From NCBI GenBank assembly GCA_028023455.1, contig JAQFVV010000006.1, forward strand, positions 12,834,001 to 12,898,000: a stretch of 64,000 bases of DNA, written 5' to 3'. This DNA is from Epiperipatus broadwayi (lineage: Eukaryota; Animalia; Onychophora). The position numbers were made by a program, and so were the translations under genes. The notes beneath the pieces are model-generated. The model was given only the letters and a program-made list of their open reading frames with translations. It made no database searches and had not been told where the DNA came from. The number at the start of each line of letters is the position of its first letter. Within the stretch, counting starts at the first letter, position 1. This document shows, piece after piece, positions 38,301-52,420 of this stretch.

Positions 38301-38656
38301 GGGTATTATAATGTTGCTATAAATTAACCACACCTATTATGAGAGATGAAGACTAAAGCATAGGTGGGTAAGTACCATATATTGGTACAACCTATTGCTA
38401 AAATATTCCAGCTCCAAAATCAAACTGCTTACATTTACAAACATGAAGCCTGATTGTCACTTCTATATGTATGTTCAGGCACTTTAAGTCTCCACTTCAC
38501 TGAGTGGCGCTACTGTATGGAGAATTTAGCTTCCATGCAAATAGCTTGTGAAGCATAAATAATGGTGATCATGTGATGTTTAGTGATTTTGAACTCTCAA
38601 GTAAAAAGCGCTTCCAGTATATAGATATTAATTAAAACCAATTAAACATAAATATG

Positions 38657-39054
38657 TAAATTAATACTCTGTACAGGCTTACACACACCTGCACATATAT
38701 AATGTAATATAAGGGATTCGAACTCAGACTTTCACACAACACTCAACTCTCCATGCCATCTCATATTGCTGACCCATCTGATCATACACATGTTGAAAAG
38801 ATAAATAATCACCAATATACGTATTTCATGCTAAACCACCAATCATCAGTTGGTCCAGATTACTATCTCCACACATATATACAATCAGTGCTCAGCTTTA
38901 TATTAAGATAGCTAATCTTCATACTTTAATGGACAGGTTTCAAACTACTCCAACCCACAACTCTTTTCAACATGTGTATGATCAGGTGGGTCAGCAATAT
39001 GAGATGACATGGACAGTTGAAGGTTGTGTGAAAGTCTGAGTTCGAATCCCTTAT
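38657..39054. mobile_element. Family B fold-back, 16-bp TSD; HHR on - at 38811-38854
   Basis: TSD attaaacataaatatg at 38641-56 and 39055-70. Confidence 0.92.
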
Positions 39055-39881
39055 ATTAAACATAAATATGCAGCTTTCAGAAATAAATAAAAAAAATATT
39101 TTCTTTCACCAAAAAACATTAAATTTCTTGGATTGATAGTAAAAAATATGATTTCCTTTAACTATTTTTTAAGAAGTCATAAATGTAATATAATTCAAGA
39201 TATCTGATTTTGACTTTTCAGTCTTTCTTCTCTTTTAAAATCATTTAAAATGATAGATTACAATCAGAAGTCATTTAAAAATACAAATATAAATAAATGT
39301 AAATAGTAAAGAGTACGGTTTATTAATAAAACTATCGTAAATCACTTTGATTAGAGCAAAAATTAAAAATAATAGTCGAATCTAAAAGTTCAATTGTTCG
39401 TAAGAAATACAATATGACGCAGAATCAAAAAGACAAGAACAATAAAAAATATAGAACTGAGTTGATAAACAGTAATAAATTTCAAATTTTATTTTAAAAT
39501 ACCTAATGTAAAATTGAATGTTATATGATCTTTTATAAATAACAAAGTAAACTTTCATTCCACAATCAAAATTTTAATATTGTTTTCTTAAAAAAGAACT
39601 TTCACATTAAATATTTCTTTTTTCATGTCTGATTGTGTTTTACATGCGGTTTTATAAAGTTCATTTCTTGACTGGTGGTTAACAAACATTATTTCTAGTT
39701 GCTTAATTTACTGAAAAACAAACATTAACCCCTATTAATTCCATTTCAAAACATAAATGTTTCTTTTTTCCTTCTTATTATCATTATTTTTTATATGTAA
39801 GACAAAATTTCTGTTTCTAAATTTATATTAATAAATAAATTTTGCAAAATATTAATGGTCGTACCTTTAAGAGAGGATTAA

Positions 39882-40068
39882 TCACGTGACACTATTTAGA
39901 TTTATAGTGTTGACTTCACTTAAAATTAAAAATATTAATTTATTTATACTTTCAAGAAATAAAATAAAAGATAAGCCATTGGCTTAGTACTTGTGTGAAT
40001 ATAACACATCCACATCATCAATCATCAGTCGTAATGGCACGTGACGTTACATTCTACCACGTCACGTG
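39882..40068. promoter_or_regulatory. Cluster of three CACGTGAC-type E-boxes, candidate regulatory site
   Basis: TCACGTGAC 39882-90; CACGTGACGT 40038-47 and its exact inverse ACGTCACGTG 40059-68, in CpG-depleted DNA. Confidence 0.35.
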
Positions 40069-41385
40069 TCACGCCTGTATAAATATTAAAGCGAGAAAGC
40101 TTGAATTTAAATTTGCTAACATGTTTAAAATTTTTATATTGGTAGTTAACAGTACAAAAAGATTAAAAATTATCTGCTATATGAAAATCACATTAAATTT
40201 AAAAAAATCCAGGTACACAAGATCCAGGTTCAAACCTCTTCCTGATGAAAACTCTTAAGTCATAAACTAGTTTGAAGATATTGATAGGATAACATTAGAA
40301 AGGATTAAAAAATTAGTATATTTAGCATTTATTAATTATTCAAACATTTTTTTAAAAAACAATTCTAATTTGCAATGAGTATATAAAAACAAAAATTCTT
40401 TTGTTAGCATAAAATTAAATCAAGAATTGAACTTAGTAAATATGCTAAGCTCCGTGCCAAAAGAGTTGTGGAATTAGACAATAAGATAACATAACTAAGT
40501 CATAGTACATGATATCCCTTTGGAAAAGCTTATTTTAATAACTCAAATTCAAAGCAATTGTTACAGTATTAAAATATATGATTGAACCTGATTAAAAATG
40601 ATTTCCTTAAATTTAAGATTAATATTTAACGTTTTTTTCTTATTGCTACAAAATTACTTATTTTGAGGTATTTGGAGCATTATAATGGCACTGTTATCAC
40701 TTGAGCTTTTCTTCACTATTCTGTGGTTACATATAATGTTAGTTTTCTGGTACTCATTTTATTGCTTAGAAATTGTTACTTAAAATTATTAGTTTTAAAA
40801 CTATCAGTATCACACAGACTACATACAAAATTTGAACATGAAATTAAGCCAACAATATCTGGCTGTCAGTGATTGGTGGATTACCTGGCTCCACAGCAAT
40901 TTCTGGTGTGCGTTTTAGTATTTTGAAAAAAAAATTGTAATTTTCAGTAATTTGTTTACATATTTAAACTTACTTATTTGTAAAATATTTATTTTGAATC
41001 TAAAAAGTACTTGATTACAATTACAATTTATTTGAAAATGATTGTTTTTAAAAAGACAAGTTGTAAAAATGTATTTATGATTAAAACAAATACTGTTTTA
41101 CTCACTAATGTTAATTGTCTTCTGAAATGCTGGTGAAGCTATTTTTTGTAAAATTTTAATGAGTATATTTTTTTCTTTTAAAACATATTTCTATTTTTTT
41201 TAAAAATAATAACTCAACTAAAATTTGTTTCTATCTTAAAAATGGAATTCAAATAAGAAATATTTTTTCAATGTTTTATGAAAAAATATAAATTTATGAC
41301 CCAATATGAAAAGAGCGCCATTGTGAATATTATTTTTCATTTAGAATGTTTTTGGCTTGTAAACTTATATTCATAATAAATAATG

Positions 41386-41722
41386 CAACCACTAAACATC
41401 ACATGATCACCATTTCTTGTGCTTGCTCATAACTGTTATTCAAACAAGAAAAACTCTCCATACAGTAGGCCACTCAGTGCAAGCCAGAATAATCAATGGC
41501 TGCCAGAAAGCTTGTGAATAAAATCCCTATCTAGTGCCTACACATACAATATTACCAGATCCATGTCTTCTCACTGGTGAAAGCCAAAAGCTAAAAACTA
41601 TTCTGGTTGATATTGGATGAACAGGCACTAGATAGGGATTTTATGCACAAGCCTTCTGGCATCTATTGATTACTATGGCTTGCACTGAGTGGCACAACTG
41701 TATGGAGAGTTTTGCCTGTTTG
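41386..41722. mobile_element. Family A fold-back, 11-bp TSD, decayed HHR
   Basis: TSD aataaataatg at 41375-85 and 41723-33. Confidence 0.9.
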
Positions 41723-43061
41723 AATAAATAATGGAAAGATTATTAATATATGGTGTATAATAAAGGTTTACTAAGACAATAAAGCAAATTACTCAAGGCT
41801 TTAATAAGTTTGTAAATGTAGATGGTAATAATCAAATCTTAAGCTATCAATAATTTCAACTGTAGTCAAGGAAATGATTACAGGTTGAGATTACTAATAA
41901 CATAAAGGTTGATTATTATTAATAAAGGTTTAATCATACAAATAAAATATTCCAAATATGACTGAAGGTTTCACTGGAGTCTTTTAAAACAGAGAAGAAA
42001 GAGTTGATAGTGAAGAGATTTAGCAAGGTAACATTTGCATCATAATTATGACATATAACAACTGAGAATTTAAGAAAGACTGTCATTTTGTAAATTAATT
42101 TGGAAAGTTTTGTAATTTCATGTAAAAAAAACTATTGAACATGTATGCTTCTTTCACACGTAGATTCTAATAGGAAGCATTAACATTGTATTTCAATAAA
42201 GACCATTACGCATCTTATATATGGGATCATTGGAAGTTTACGAAGTGGTTTTGAAATTGTGATGATGGAATAAATTGTCTTAAGAGTATGAAGAGCAAAC
42301 TTCTTCCAATGATCACAGGTCATAAAACTCTAATACTTAGTTAATATAAATACCCTAAGGCAATGAAATGGATGAACTTAACTTTCTATTTCATCATGCA
42401 TACCTTAACTATAGGAGTAAAGACATCTGAAAAGATAAATGATCCAACATGCATTTCTGACTGCACAAGCACTCTTCAGTTGATCCAAGTTACAACTTCT
42501 TAACTTTGTTCATATGTTTACATTCATATGTTTAGAGTGTGTGTGTGTGTTGAAATAGAAACGAATGTATCTCAGATATTCTGCACAGAAATAAAAGGAT
42601 TGGAATAGGATTAATAATATTATGTGATTGTAGTAAATAAAAATAGATATATTAATCTTTAATTATACTTAAAGTTTATATTTAAATAAAAATATCTCAA
42701 TTCTAACCCAATAAATGTATTTCGCTAAAGAAGATGTTGGAAAATGCATGAGGATAAGAAAATTGCTATTTGTGCATTAAATAAAATGTTTAAAATTATT
42801 GTAATAGTTTTTTAACAATAAAATATAATAATTCCCCCATAACCACTGCATTCGGTTTGAAGTTTCCTAAAGATACTTGAAAATCTGGAAAATGGCTGTG
42901 TTTAATTATACACACACTTATGACACCAATTAAATTTTTAAAATGTGTTAATTAACCCTTCTATTAATAATTACAAAGTAGTTCATTTTGAGATTTTTGT
43001 AGGGGGCGCTTGTAGTCCTTCATATTTCCTTCACTCTCCTGAAGTAACCTATAGTATTACT

Positions 43062-43345
43062 TTGCAAACTCTCATACAGTAGTGCCATCCAGTGCAAGCC
43101 TTAGAAATCAATGAATGCAAGAAGGTTTGTGCATAAAATCCCTACTAGTGCCTACTCATCCAATATTCTCAGAATAGTTTTTAGCTTGCAGCTTTCATCA
43201 GTGAGAAACCTTGGATCGTGAGAGCACTGTACCTAGATCTTAGGATCTATTGCAAATTTCCAGCAGCCATCTTTTACCTACTTAATTAACTATAAAGCTA
43301 TGAGCAAATTTTTCGTACAGTAGTATGTGATCATATGATGTTTTA
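43062..43345. mobile_element. Family A copy; HHR on - at 43166-43207 with covarying stems but G12->A
   Basis: Stem I TTCTCA/TGAGAA; stem II AGC/GCT. Confidence 0.85.
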
Positions 43346-45040
43346 GTAGTTAATCCTGCCCATAGGGTGCATATCAAACATTGTTGAGAGTTCGTTGATG
43401 CATCCAATTTTATTAGCTCCTATGATTTAAACTTTGTTAAGGGGGGTGGCGTATATTTACATTGACCATTTGACGTGTTGATGTAGACTTTTCATTACCT
43501 ATCAAAATTTATAACAGATCTTTAAAAAAATTTCTAGTGATAGGGAATAAAAAGCCGATATCAACTCTTCAGGATCAAATGATCAATCAACACAAATAAA
43601 GGAAAATTATTGCCCCATCCCTAAATTTAAATCATAGTAGCCACTAAAGTAACTAACTAATATTTATTTTAAAAAGTAATAAATTTTTTTAGTTAAATCG
43701 TAATAAATGACATCAGAATCAGTTTTACAAGATCGAAAAGTTAAAATAATTATCGCCAGATGAATACGGCTGTGTTTTTTCACAGCAAGTCTAATGCTAA
43801 AGTACCATTTATATATAAAAAATCTAATTGCTTGGAAAAGTGCATAACACTTGGAAAAGATTGGTAAGAAAAAACCCAGAGGGTGACCAATAATGAGGTC
43901 TAATATAACAATGAATACCCTCAGTCTAAAAAAAGTGCTATATATCTGGAGAAATGCTACTTATATAATGGTTTATTGCTCAGAAGTTCATAAGAAGTTC
44001 AAGAACACAACTAATAGAGCTGGACATGATCCCAGAACCTTGACCTCCAAATTTTGTCCACTCCATCATTGCAATAAACCAAATAGAGGCACATGAAATT
44101 CAGAAAATGATACTTGCTTGATAGAACCTAATAATATTAAAACACTATTCTCATACCATCTAACCTAAGCCCAAGTAATCAGTTGTTAGCAGATGAGTTT
44201 AATACCCAACCATTAGCATTTACATCCTTATTCTTAAAATTTTCAAGTAAGACCCAAAGCAAATGCAGTTATCTAAGAATGGAAATTTAAATGCCAAGGA
44301 TAGGGGTAAATTTAAAGTCATGTGACAATCAATAATCAATCAATTTACAGTAGATGGGAGTAGAGAAGAAACCAGCCATTATATTATAATTTAAGCTGGA
44401 AAATTAACTGATTAGTAGTTATTAATATTAATATTTTAAAAAATATGAATAATAATATAGTTTCTTCTGATTACATTTAAATATTATATTAAATTCACAG
44501 TTCACTAACAGTTCCTCATTTAATAAAAGTGCCCATGTTCTCTCTCCAAGGTGAAGATTTTCTCTGCAAATCGTTAAATGCTTTGAAAGGAAATATATAT
44601 ACATACACCCATATTCATAATAGAAATGACGCAAAAAATAATGGATTTATATTAATAGAATTTATATTTTAAAAATATTAGAAATATAAATTGTTTGTCA
44701 ATGCATTTTAAATTGCACCAGCAATCTTTTTTATCTGAGTGAATGTGAAGTCAAAAATCACATTATTCCTAAGACTGATAAAGTTTGATTTGTTTTTTGT
44801 TTGTTTGTTAGTTCAATATATCACTTTCTTTATAAATATTGCTGATACATAAGTATTATCTTGTCTACCACTTGTCAGGTTTTTTTTTTAATTATAAAAA
44901 TTCAGGGGATATAGTATTTGTTTAAGGGTTGTTGTTCTTTTCAATTTTATATTACCAAATATGTGTCAGTTGTTAACTTTAAAAAAAATAATAAATCAAT
45001 TATAAAATTCCATTCAGAAGGTATATTTCAGTTTTTTTAT

Positions 45041-46095
45041 ATGTGATGTGATGTGATGTACTATGGTTTCTCCTTAAATGAAGTCAAGAATCTCTCAACA
45101 ATTATGCCCGGAGAAACCTGTAAGCTACTTTATTTTTCATTCTCCCCTCTAAGTTTTTCCATATTCTGCTCCATCCCATTTCCACAACATAATCTTTGTC
45201 AACTCTATGGCCTTTATATTTAAATCCCCCCTTATCTTTCCCCAAACCCAGCATAAAAACCAATAATCCACTTTCTGTATAATCACTTTTTCATATTTAT
45301 TCTTCAATAACCTCCTTATATGGACCCTTTCTGTTTCTATTCCTTCCTTACACAATTTACAGACTAAATCACCCATATTTTTCTATTTACATATATATTC
45401 CCTTGTTGCTAAAAATCCCATTTGAGCCTTAAACAATAAACTACTTTCCTTACTATTATCATATATTAACTCGCACCTATTATTCTGTTTACTTCTATAT
45501 ATATATTTAAACTCTTTTTACTCTCCATACTAGTTCTCCATCTCTCTAACTCCCTATTATTTATTAATAAATCTATTCTTTTATCCCATTCCTTACCACT
45601 GTAACACTCAACAATCCTCCTAACACAATCAACCCATCTTTTGTACAAATATACTGATATAAATTCTTTATCCAAATCTTTTGCATACAACATTACCTTT
45701 CTCACCCACTTTGTTGCTTGCCCTTTACTCATAACCCAATTAAATACTATTTTGGTTATTCTTTTATTATCCATAAACTGCAATCTACTAAACATTTTCA
45801 TTTTACTTTTTGCATCTCTCATATAAAAACTTGACCATTCCATTTCTCCTTGAATTGCCTCCTTTGCTGTCCATACATCTGCATCCAATGCATGTCTTCC
45901 TACTTTCCTTTGAACTTTTTCTAAGTAATCTAATACCCCTTTACTAACACATAATGCATCATTACCATATGTTAACCCTCCTACTGTAACTCCCTTCCAT
46001 ATAATTCTAGTTACATCATATTTATTATATGAAAACACTGTTAATTTTTTTATCAATCCCTTTCTTTTCTTTGCTTCATTTATCAATATTTTTCT
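45041..46095 (-). mobile_element. LINE 3' fragment with (CATCA)n tail
   Basis: ORF 45466..46086 (LTYGNDALC...KEAIQGEMEWSSF), zinc knuckle CKLCKEGIETERVH, tail atgtgatgtgatgtgatg. Confidence 0.9.
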
Positions 46096-47249
46096 GCCAC
46101 ACTTTAAACATCATCATCGTTTGTTTACATTCAGCATCTTTGTCACTACCATTTGGAAAAATGATCAGTATTTGGGATCTTTCTTTGGCAGAACTGCATG
46201 CAGTGGAATATTTCCAAAAGTATGAGATCCTGCCTTCACAAAAAGTCTGTCTTAAATGTTCACGATATGACACTTTATATTTCTTATATATATATATTTT
46301 TTATATTAATATAATACAAAAAAAAATTATAAATAAAGTGGAAATATTATAATTAATTGTTGCAGAAATTTTTCTTTTTTAAAAGTAACAATTAGAAGAG
46401 AAAAACCTGTAAATATTAAATATGACCATTTCTTGTCAGCCATTTTGTTCTAAAATAACCTGAAACTGTATAATTAAAAAATGGCTGCCAAGCTTGGTAG
46501 GCAGGATAATACCTAAACACTATACTACCTTATTTATTCCGTATTTTGTGTTGTTTCATTCTTCCATCAAAATGTAAACATTATCAAAATCAATAGCAAA
46601 AATTTTTCCACATAATTGTGCCATATAGTGTAATGTTTTAGTGGCTCATTATCAAAATCATAAGTGAATGTATGATTGTTTCTATCTTGTGTTCAATGAA
46701 CACTGAATACAACATTAGTATGGTTTGATTTAGACCTACCCTATGATTCACCAATATACAAAAATACGCAGAAGCAGTTGAATATGTATATATATATATA
46801 TTACTTTTTTATTCATTATGTAGAATATATTTTGTCATTAACTAGTCATATTTACATTGCATTGGATATAAAATGCAATGTTAAAACATTCCTCACATAT
46901 ACACTTTATTACAACAATCTTATTGCAAGCATTAAAAACCATTTTTGCCATTCTTATTCTTATTAAAAGAGAATTCAAATCTTTTAACAGCCTTAATAAT
47001 ATTGTTAATTTTGTAACATGAGTAAAGTTGATTTTGATAATGTTGAAAGAATGGAATGCCAAAAAAATATAAAAATGAGAAGTATTAGTAGAGCAGTGTA
47101 TTGAAATGAAAGGATATGAATATCAGCTTCACCAGTCTTAGAATATCACATGATGATTGACTTTGTACATGTTCAACTGAGAACAACTGTGTTAAAACTG
47201 TCACAAATGCATTCCTATTAATTCTTTAAATATAAATAATGTAATGAAA

Positions 47250-47552
47250 ACAGGCAAAACTTTCTATACAGTAGTGCCACTCAGTGCCAACCAGAGTAAT
47301 CAATGGATTCCAGAAGGCCAGTGCATAAAATCCCTATCTACTGCACACTCATCCAATATCCCCAGACTAGTTTCTGGCTTGTGGTCTTCGTCAGTGAGGA
47401 GCTTTGGATCTGAGAGCACTGCACCTAGATCTTAGGATCTAATGCAACCCTCCATCAGCCACCTTTTATCTCTACTTAACTCAAAAACTATGAGAATAAA
47501 ATTGAAAACACAATAATATTTTCAATCTAAGCTCAATAGCTTATATAGTCAT
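47250..47552 (-). mobile_element. Family A partial monomer, 14-bp TSD
   Basis: TSD ataatgtaatgaaa at 47236-49 and 47553-66; HHR core CTGACGA. Confidence 0.92.
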
Positions 47553-47599
47553 ATAATGTAATGAAAGGTAAATGTTACAACATTCAACAACAAAGCAGG

Positions 47600-48700
47600 T
47601 GACAGCTATAAAAAAAGTTATTGACACTAAGTACTTTTGAAACCAGGTTCCATAATCATAGCAGAATAAAGAAAGGAATTGTAATCCATGGGTAATGTCG
47701 AATATGAATATCAAGAGGATCAAAATGAATAAATACTGAGAAAATTTTGCATATTAATGAGAAAAAATGGGCTATTGATCCCATTTCTTATAGAGCAGAG
47801 TTCTGGATTTTTTTTATTGATGACGTTGGCATCCCTGGTGATTGATAAAATCTTCTTAATCTTTCTCTACCATCATGCTGTGAAAGGATAACCTTGACTA
47901 TGGAAAGATCAAATCAATGGCCAGCATCAGCCCATGATCTAAGAAGAGAGCAGAGCAATTTGTCCTCTTCTTAGCACCTTTGTACGTGTAACTATGTTGA
48001 GTGAGTCTCATAGCCAAGTTGGCATGGGTTTTTTCATAACATGCCCTCAAGCAGTAGAAATTAGAGTAGTTAATCTTATAAACAATTTGATGAGAAGCTG
48101 TTTTTGGGATTTTGTCCTTAGAATTATTTAACAGTTTGTTTGAAGGACATGATCGGAAAGAAATATTGTATTTATCGAAGCATATGTTTTTTTAACTTAT
48201 TCGCGATCTTCTAAATGTAGGATAGACTGGATAACTTTTTATAATTGGGGGGAACAAATGTGGGGTAAGAGAGTTTAAAGTTAGTGATAGTAGTATGAAT
48301 GTGTTTGAGATTGTATCTGATATTGCCAATGTTAATTCAATGTTTTTGTTTCTAATCAGCCTCAAATTTGCAGAGTTTAATGTTTCTATGAAATAAAAGT
48401 TTTAGGCTTGTAAATTTATGAGCATGTGGTGAGTTGGAGTTATATAGTACTGCTGATGCTGAGAGGTTTTAAAACTATTCTATAGTCCAGAAAGTTGATT
48501 TGTCTTGTTTTATCCAAATCAAGAAACTTGAAATTATGATGATGATCATCTTCATGCTCGATAGTCCACATAAGAGTGGTTGAAGATTTAATTTGGTGAA
48601 TAGAATGTGCCATCAAGATATCTAAAATATAAGGATGTGTTTGGATGGCATACAACTCTAGGAATGATCAGGAAATCAAACTTGGATCACTTGAAGAGTT
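47600..48700 (-). mobile_element. Heavily decayed Penelope-like element (RT C-terminus + GIY-YIG)
   Basis: Minus frames give WTIEHE...FKFLDL and VYKINYSNF...LAMRLTQH...SALF..H...GH*FDLSIVKV; frameshifted. Confidence 0.6.
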
Positions 48701-49505
48701 AGTACATCTCGACACTATAACTATGACCTGGAGTTTAAATATGAACTGGGTGAAAGTTGAAAAAAATTTCAAAGTTACACTTTAAATGTTTTTTCTAATG
48801 GCTGGCCTACAACTAAGTTAGCTATTCAACTATTAATCAGTAAATAAATGATTTTACTTCCAAACAATTAATAAGCTTGTTGAGTGGTGTCTTTTTCTTC
48901 ATTGCTTTTCATTAAAGAATCAGCAGAAAAACTTTTTATCCTAGTGGGACTATTTATCAACTAGCCCTTAACTAATCTCACTTGCCATTCAATTATTGAT
49001 CAGCTAATGACTAAACTTTAAATATTAAGCCATTAGAGTTTTGATAGTAAATGAGTGTTCCTTCGTTGTTTTTCTTCAATGGATTGTTAATATATTTATT
49101 CTACAATGGGTTATTTATCATATAGCTAACCTATACCTAATTTATTTAAACATTCAATAAAAAATATTAATTGACTGGTTTGTTGCTCAGAAGTTCAGGT
49201 AACATTTGAACCTCAGAAGTGATAGAATTGAGCCATGACCTCCATGTTTCTAAAGCCAACCATTACTGCTGTCCTAAGCTGTGCTGGGCAGCCAATCAAT
49301 TATTTACCAAAAATGATTGTAAGAAAAATCCTTGGACTGCAATAGGCTGATTTATCTTTTCATCTCTATATATAATAAGTGAGAGGGGGAAGGCGAACCG
49401 TAGTATTCTTTAATGTAGATTTACATTTCTAATACAGTTTATCATTTATCTGATGTAATAAGTAGTCTATTATTTATATAGCACAATTTACATATAGAAT
49501 ATTAT

Positions 49506-50385
49506 AATGATGTGATGTGATGCACTGTGACTTCTCCTTTATTAGTGTCAGGAATCGCTCAGCCACAATGCCCAAAGAAACTTGTTAGCCACTATATTGT
49601 CGCCTTACAGTCCCCATCCTAAGTTTTTCCCATATTCTTCACTGTCCTACTCTATCCCATTTCCACAACATAATGTTTGTCAACTCTATGGCCTTTATAT
49701 CTAAATCCCCCTTATCTTTCCTCAAACCCAGTATAAAAACCAGGAACCCACTGTCTGTATAATCAGTATGTTTATATTTATTTTCCCTCAACTTCATTAT
49801 TTGTACCCTTTCTACATTTAATTAAAAGATGCTTAATATTTTCTATGCTTTCCTTACATAACTTGCAGATTAACTCACCCATATTTTTCCACTTATGTGT
49901 ATATTCCCTTGTTGCCAAAGATCCTGTTTGAGCCTTGAGTAGTAAACTACTTTCCTTGCTATTATCATAAATTAACTCGTACCCAATATTCTTTTAACTT
50001 CTATATATATTTAAACTCTTTTTCCTCTCCATACTAGTTCTCCATCTCTCCATCTCCCTATTTTTATTAATGCATCTATTCTTCTATCCCATTTCTTGCC
50101 ACTATAACACTCAACGATACTCTCTAATACAATCATCTCATCTTTTGTAAAAGTATATTAACATAAATTCTTTATGTAAATCTTCTGCATACTATATTAC
50201 CTTCCTCACCCATCTTGTTGCCTGTCCTTTATTTGTAACCCAATTCAATATTATTTTAGCTATTCTCTTATTATCCATAAATTGCAATCTACCAAATATT
50301 TTCATTTTGCTTTTTGCATCTCTCATATAAAAACTTGACCATCCTATTTCTCCCTGAATTGCCTCCTCTGACATCTACACATCTG
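49506..50385 (-). mobile_element. LINE 3' fragment with (CATCA)n tail
   Basis: ORF 50192..50374 (EEAIQGEIGWSSFYMRDAK); homologous to 45041-46095. Confidence 0.88.
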
Positions 50386-50751
50386 GCGAGTGCATGTAAA
50401 TTCATACAAGCGCATGACCGGAAGTTTATTCCTTTTTTATAATATTACATACGCAATCTGCCCTGCACAAATAATAAACTATTATTACAGTAAATTCAAA
50501 ATGTACTATGTATTTAATCACATGTGGTTAAAAATGAAATTTTATCTCTTTCCTGCTACAGAACAAATAGCTTTGTACAATTCAATTAATAATTTATAAC
50601 TGAGGCACACAATAGATTGAAGCCCTGATTTCGTCACGGTAAGCAAATATTAGCTTATATATATAGATAAGTTCTAAGCATAAGCTATACTTCTGTTTTT
50701 CGGCAAGTGCATATAAACTCATAAAAGGGTATGACCGGAAGTTTGTTCTTT

Positions 50752-50852
50752 TTTTTTTTTTTATGTGTCAAAGCATCGGCCAGGAAGCGAACCCCGGGAC
50801 AACTGCTTGTAAAGCAGCTGTGCTAACCACTCGGCGACCAACGCTTGACTAG
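50752..50852 (-). mobile_element. tRNA-Gly-derived SINE with an 11-bp TSD
   Basis: TSD gtttgttcttt at 50741-51 and 50853-63; reverse complement gcgttggtcgccgagtggttagcacagctgctttacaagcagttgtcccggg is close to tRNA-Gly(TCC). Confidence 0.9.
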
Positions 50853-51289
50853 GTTTGTTCTTTCTTTATAATATCTTATGTAATATAAATAGTCTGATCA
50901 ATCCTACAACATATATACCTTATAACAATTGTAATCCCTCTTTTCGAAATATTTTACAAGCATTACAAAAAATGCTGTTTATAAAATGTGTTTTCTTTTA
51001 TTAAAGCAATTTTTTAAGATACATAAAAAAATAAAGAAATATAGCAGGTGAATGTAAAATTCAGTAAAGAATATAAAACACTTGACACTATTACTCTTAA
51101 AACGGCTGAAAAAAAGTTTTTACAAATATTTTTAAATTGTAAAAATAGTGTAAAACCAGTAACTTTAGTTGTGTGTATATAAATCAATCAATAGAATTTC
51201 TGTCTTATGGACAGATCCAGAGAGCAGTCACATCATCCAATCATCCAATTTGCCACTGTGTTCTCTTCAGTGACCAGCTCTTCAATTTC

Positions 51290-52030
51290 AAGTTACACTT
51301 CCCATCTCATATATCATCCATAAAGTCAATCTTTCCATGCTTTCTTCTTGTTTCCACTCACCATTCCTTCCAAAACATTTTTCATTAAACTATACTTTGT
51401 TTTTAATATATACCCAATCCAATTTCTATTTCCAATTTCCTCAATCAATCTTCTTTTGTCATTTTCTCTTTTCAAAACTTCTTCATTTGTTATCTTATTC
51501 ATCCAACTAATTTTTTCCATCCTTCTCCATGACTATATCTCAAAAGTTTCCAATCTGTTCCTACTTTTATTACTCAGTGTCCACATTTTACAGCCATACA
51601 ATAGTACACTCTACACATAACATTTAATTAATCTTTTCCTTAATTCTTTCTTTAAAGATCCACAAACTATTTTTTTCTCTTAGTAAACACCCTCTGGGCC
51701 AATGCTGTTCTTCTTTTAACTTCATCTTCACTTCTTTCATCCTCACTCAACCAACTAACCAAATATGTAAATCCCTTTACCTGTTGAACTATATTATTAT
51801 GGATTTTAATATGCAGTCTTTCTGCATTCCTCCCTATCTATAAATACTTAGTCTTTTCAACATTAATCTTCATTCCATACATCTTTCCTTCAACAACATA
51901 TTCTGAAAACACTTTTTATTCTCAGCTATAAAAGCCATATTACCTGAAAATCTTACATATTTTATTATTCTACCTATTAGTCTAAAAAAATGTTAAAATA
52001 GTATATACTGCTAATTCTCAGAAACTTTAT
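51290..52030 (-). mobile_element. RTE-clade LINE RT/3' fragment
   Basis: ORF 51326..51520: MEKISWMNKITNEEVLKR...NWIGYILK...VLEGMVSG. Confidence 0.8.
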
Positions 52031-52059
52031 CACATCCATTTCTAAAGCCAATGGTCACC

Positions 52060-52420
52060 GGAGGTATACCTATGTGGAAAGTATAGGGAGAGGCTTCTTT
52101 CCCTCAATAAGGATTACAACATCCCTTTTGAGATGTAAACTGACATTTGATCAATCAATTGAAAATTCTACTAATTTACTTCTAAATATTATCAGGAGAA
52201 TGAAACAGAGAGATAAGGCCCGGGCTCCTGACATTCACGTGGCAACATGGAGCTTCATATTACCCCCTGACTGCTAATCTTGGACAGGGAATGCTCTCCA
52301 GACTGTTACTACGTCTTGCCCATATGATCAAACCTTATGTTAATCACTATTATGTTTCATTGTTGTAACCATAAGTCTTAATAAAGTAATTTGTTTTTTT
52401 TAAAAAAAAAAAAAAAAACA
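52060..52420 (+). mobile_element. Probable retroposed 3' end of unknown family
   Basis: Higher-GC block ending in AATAAA and a 17-nt poly(A) at ~52401-52418. Confidence 0.4.

Noticed and set aside
45041-45060. LINE (CATCA)n tail shared with the family A end catcacatg, suggesting LINE mobilisation
   Set aside because: The match is on the strand opposite to family A's HHR-sense RNA and is only 8 nt.
47236-47780. Family A copy as the terminal repeat of the adjacent PLE remnant
   Set aside because: The A copy has its own 14-bp TSD, so it is an independent insertion.
50380-50880. Two CCGGAAGT (ETS) sites as a housekeeping promoter
   Set aside because: They are parts of a ~70-bp duplicated segment about 317 bp apart, one interrupted by a SINE; more likely repeat-derived. 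Not excluded.
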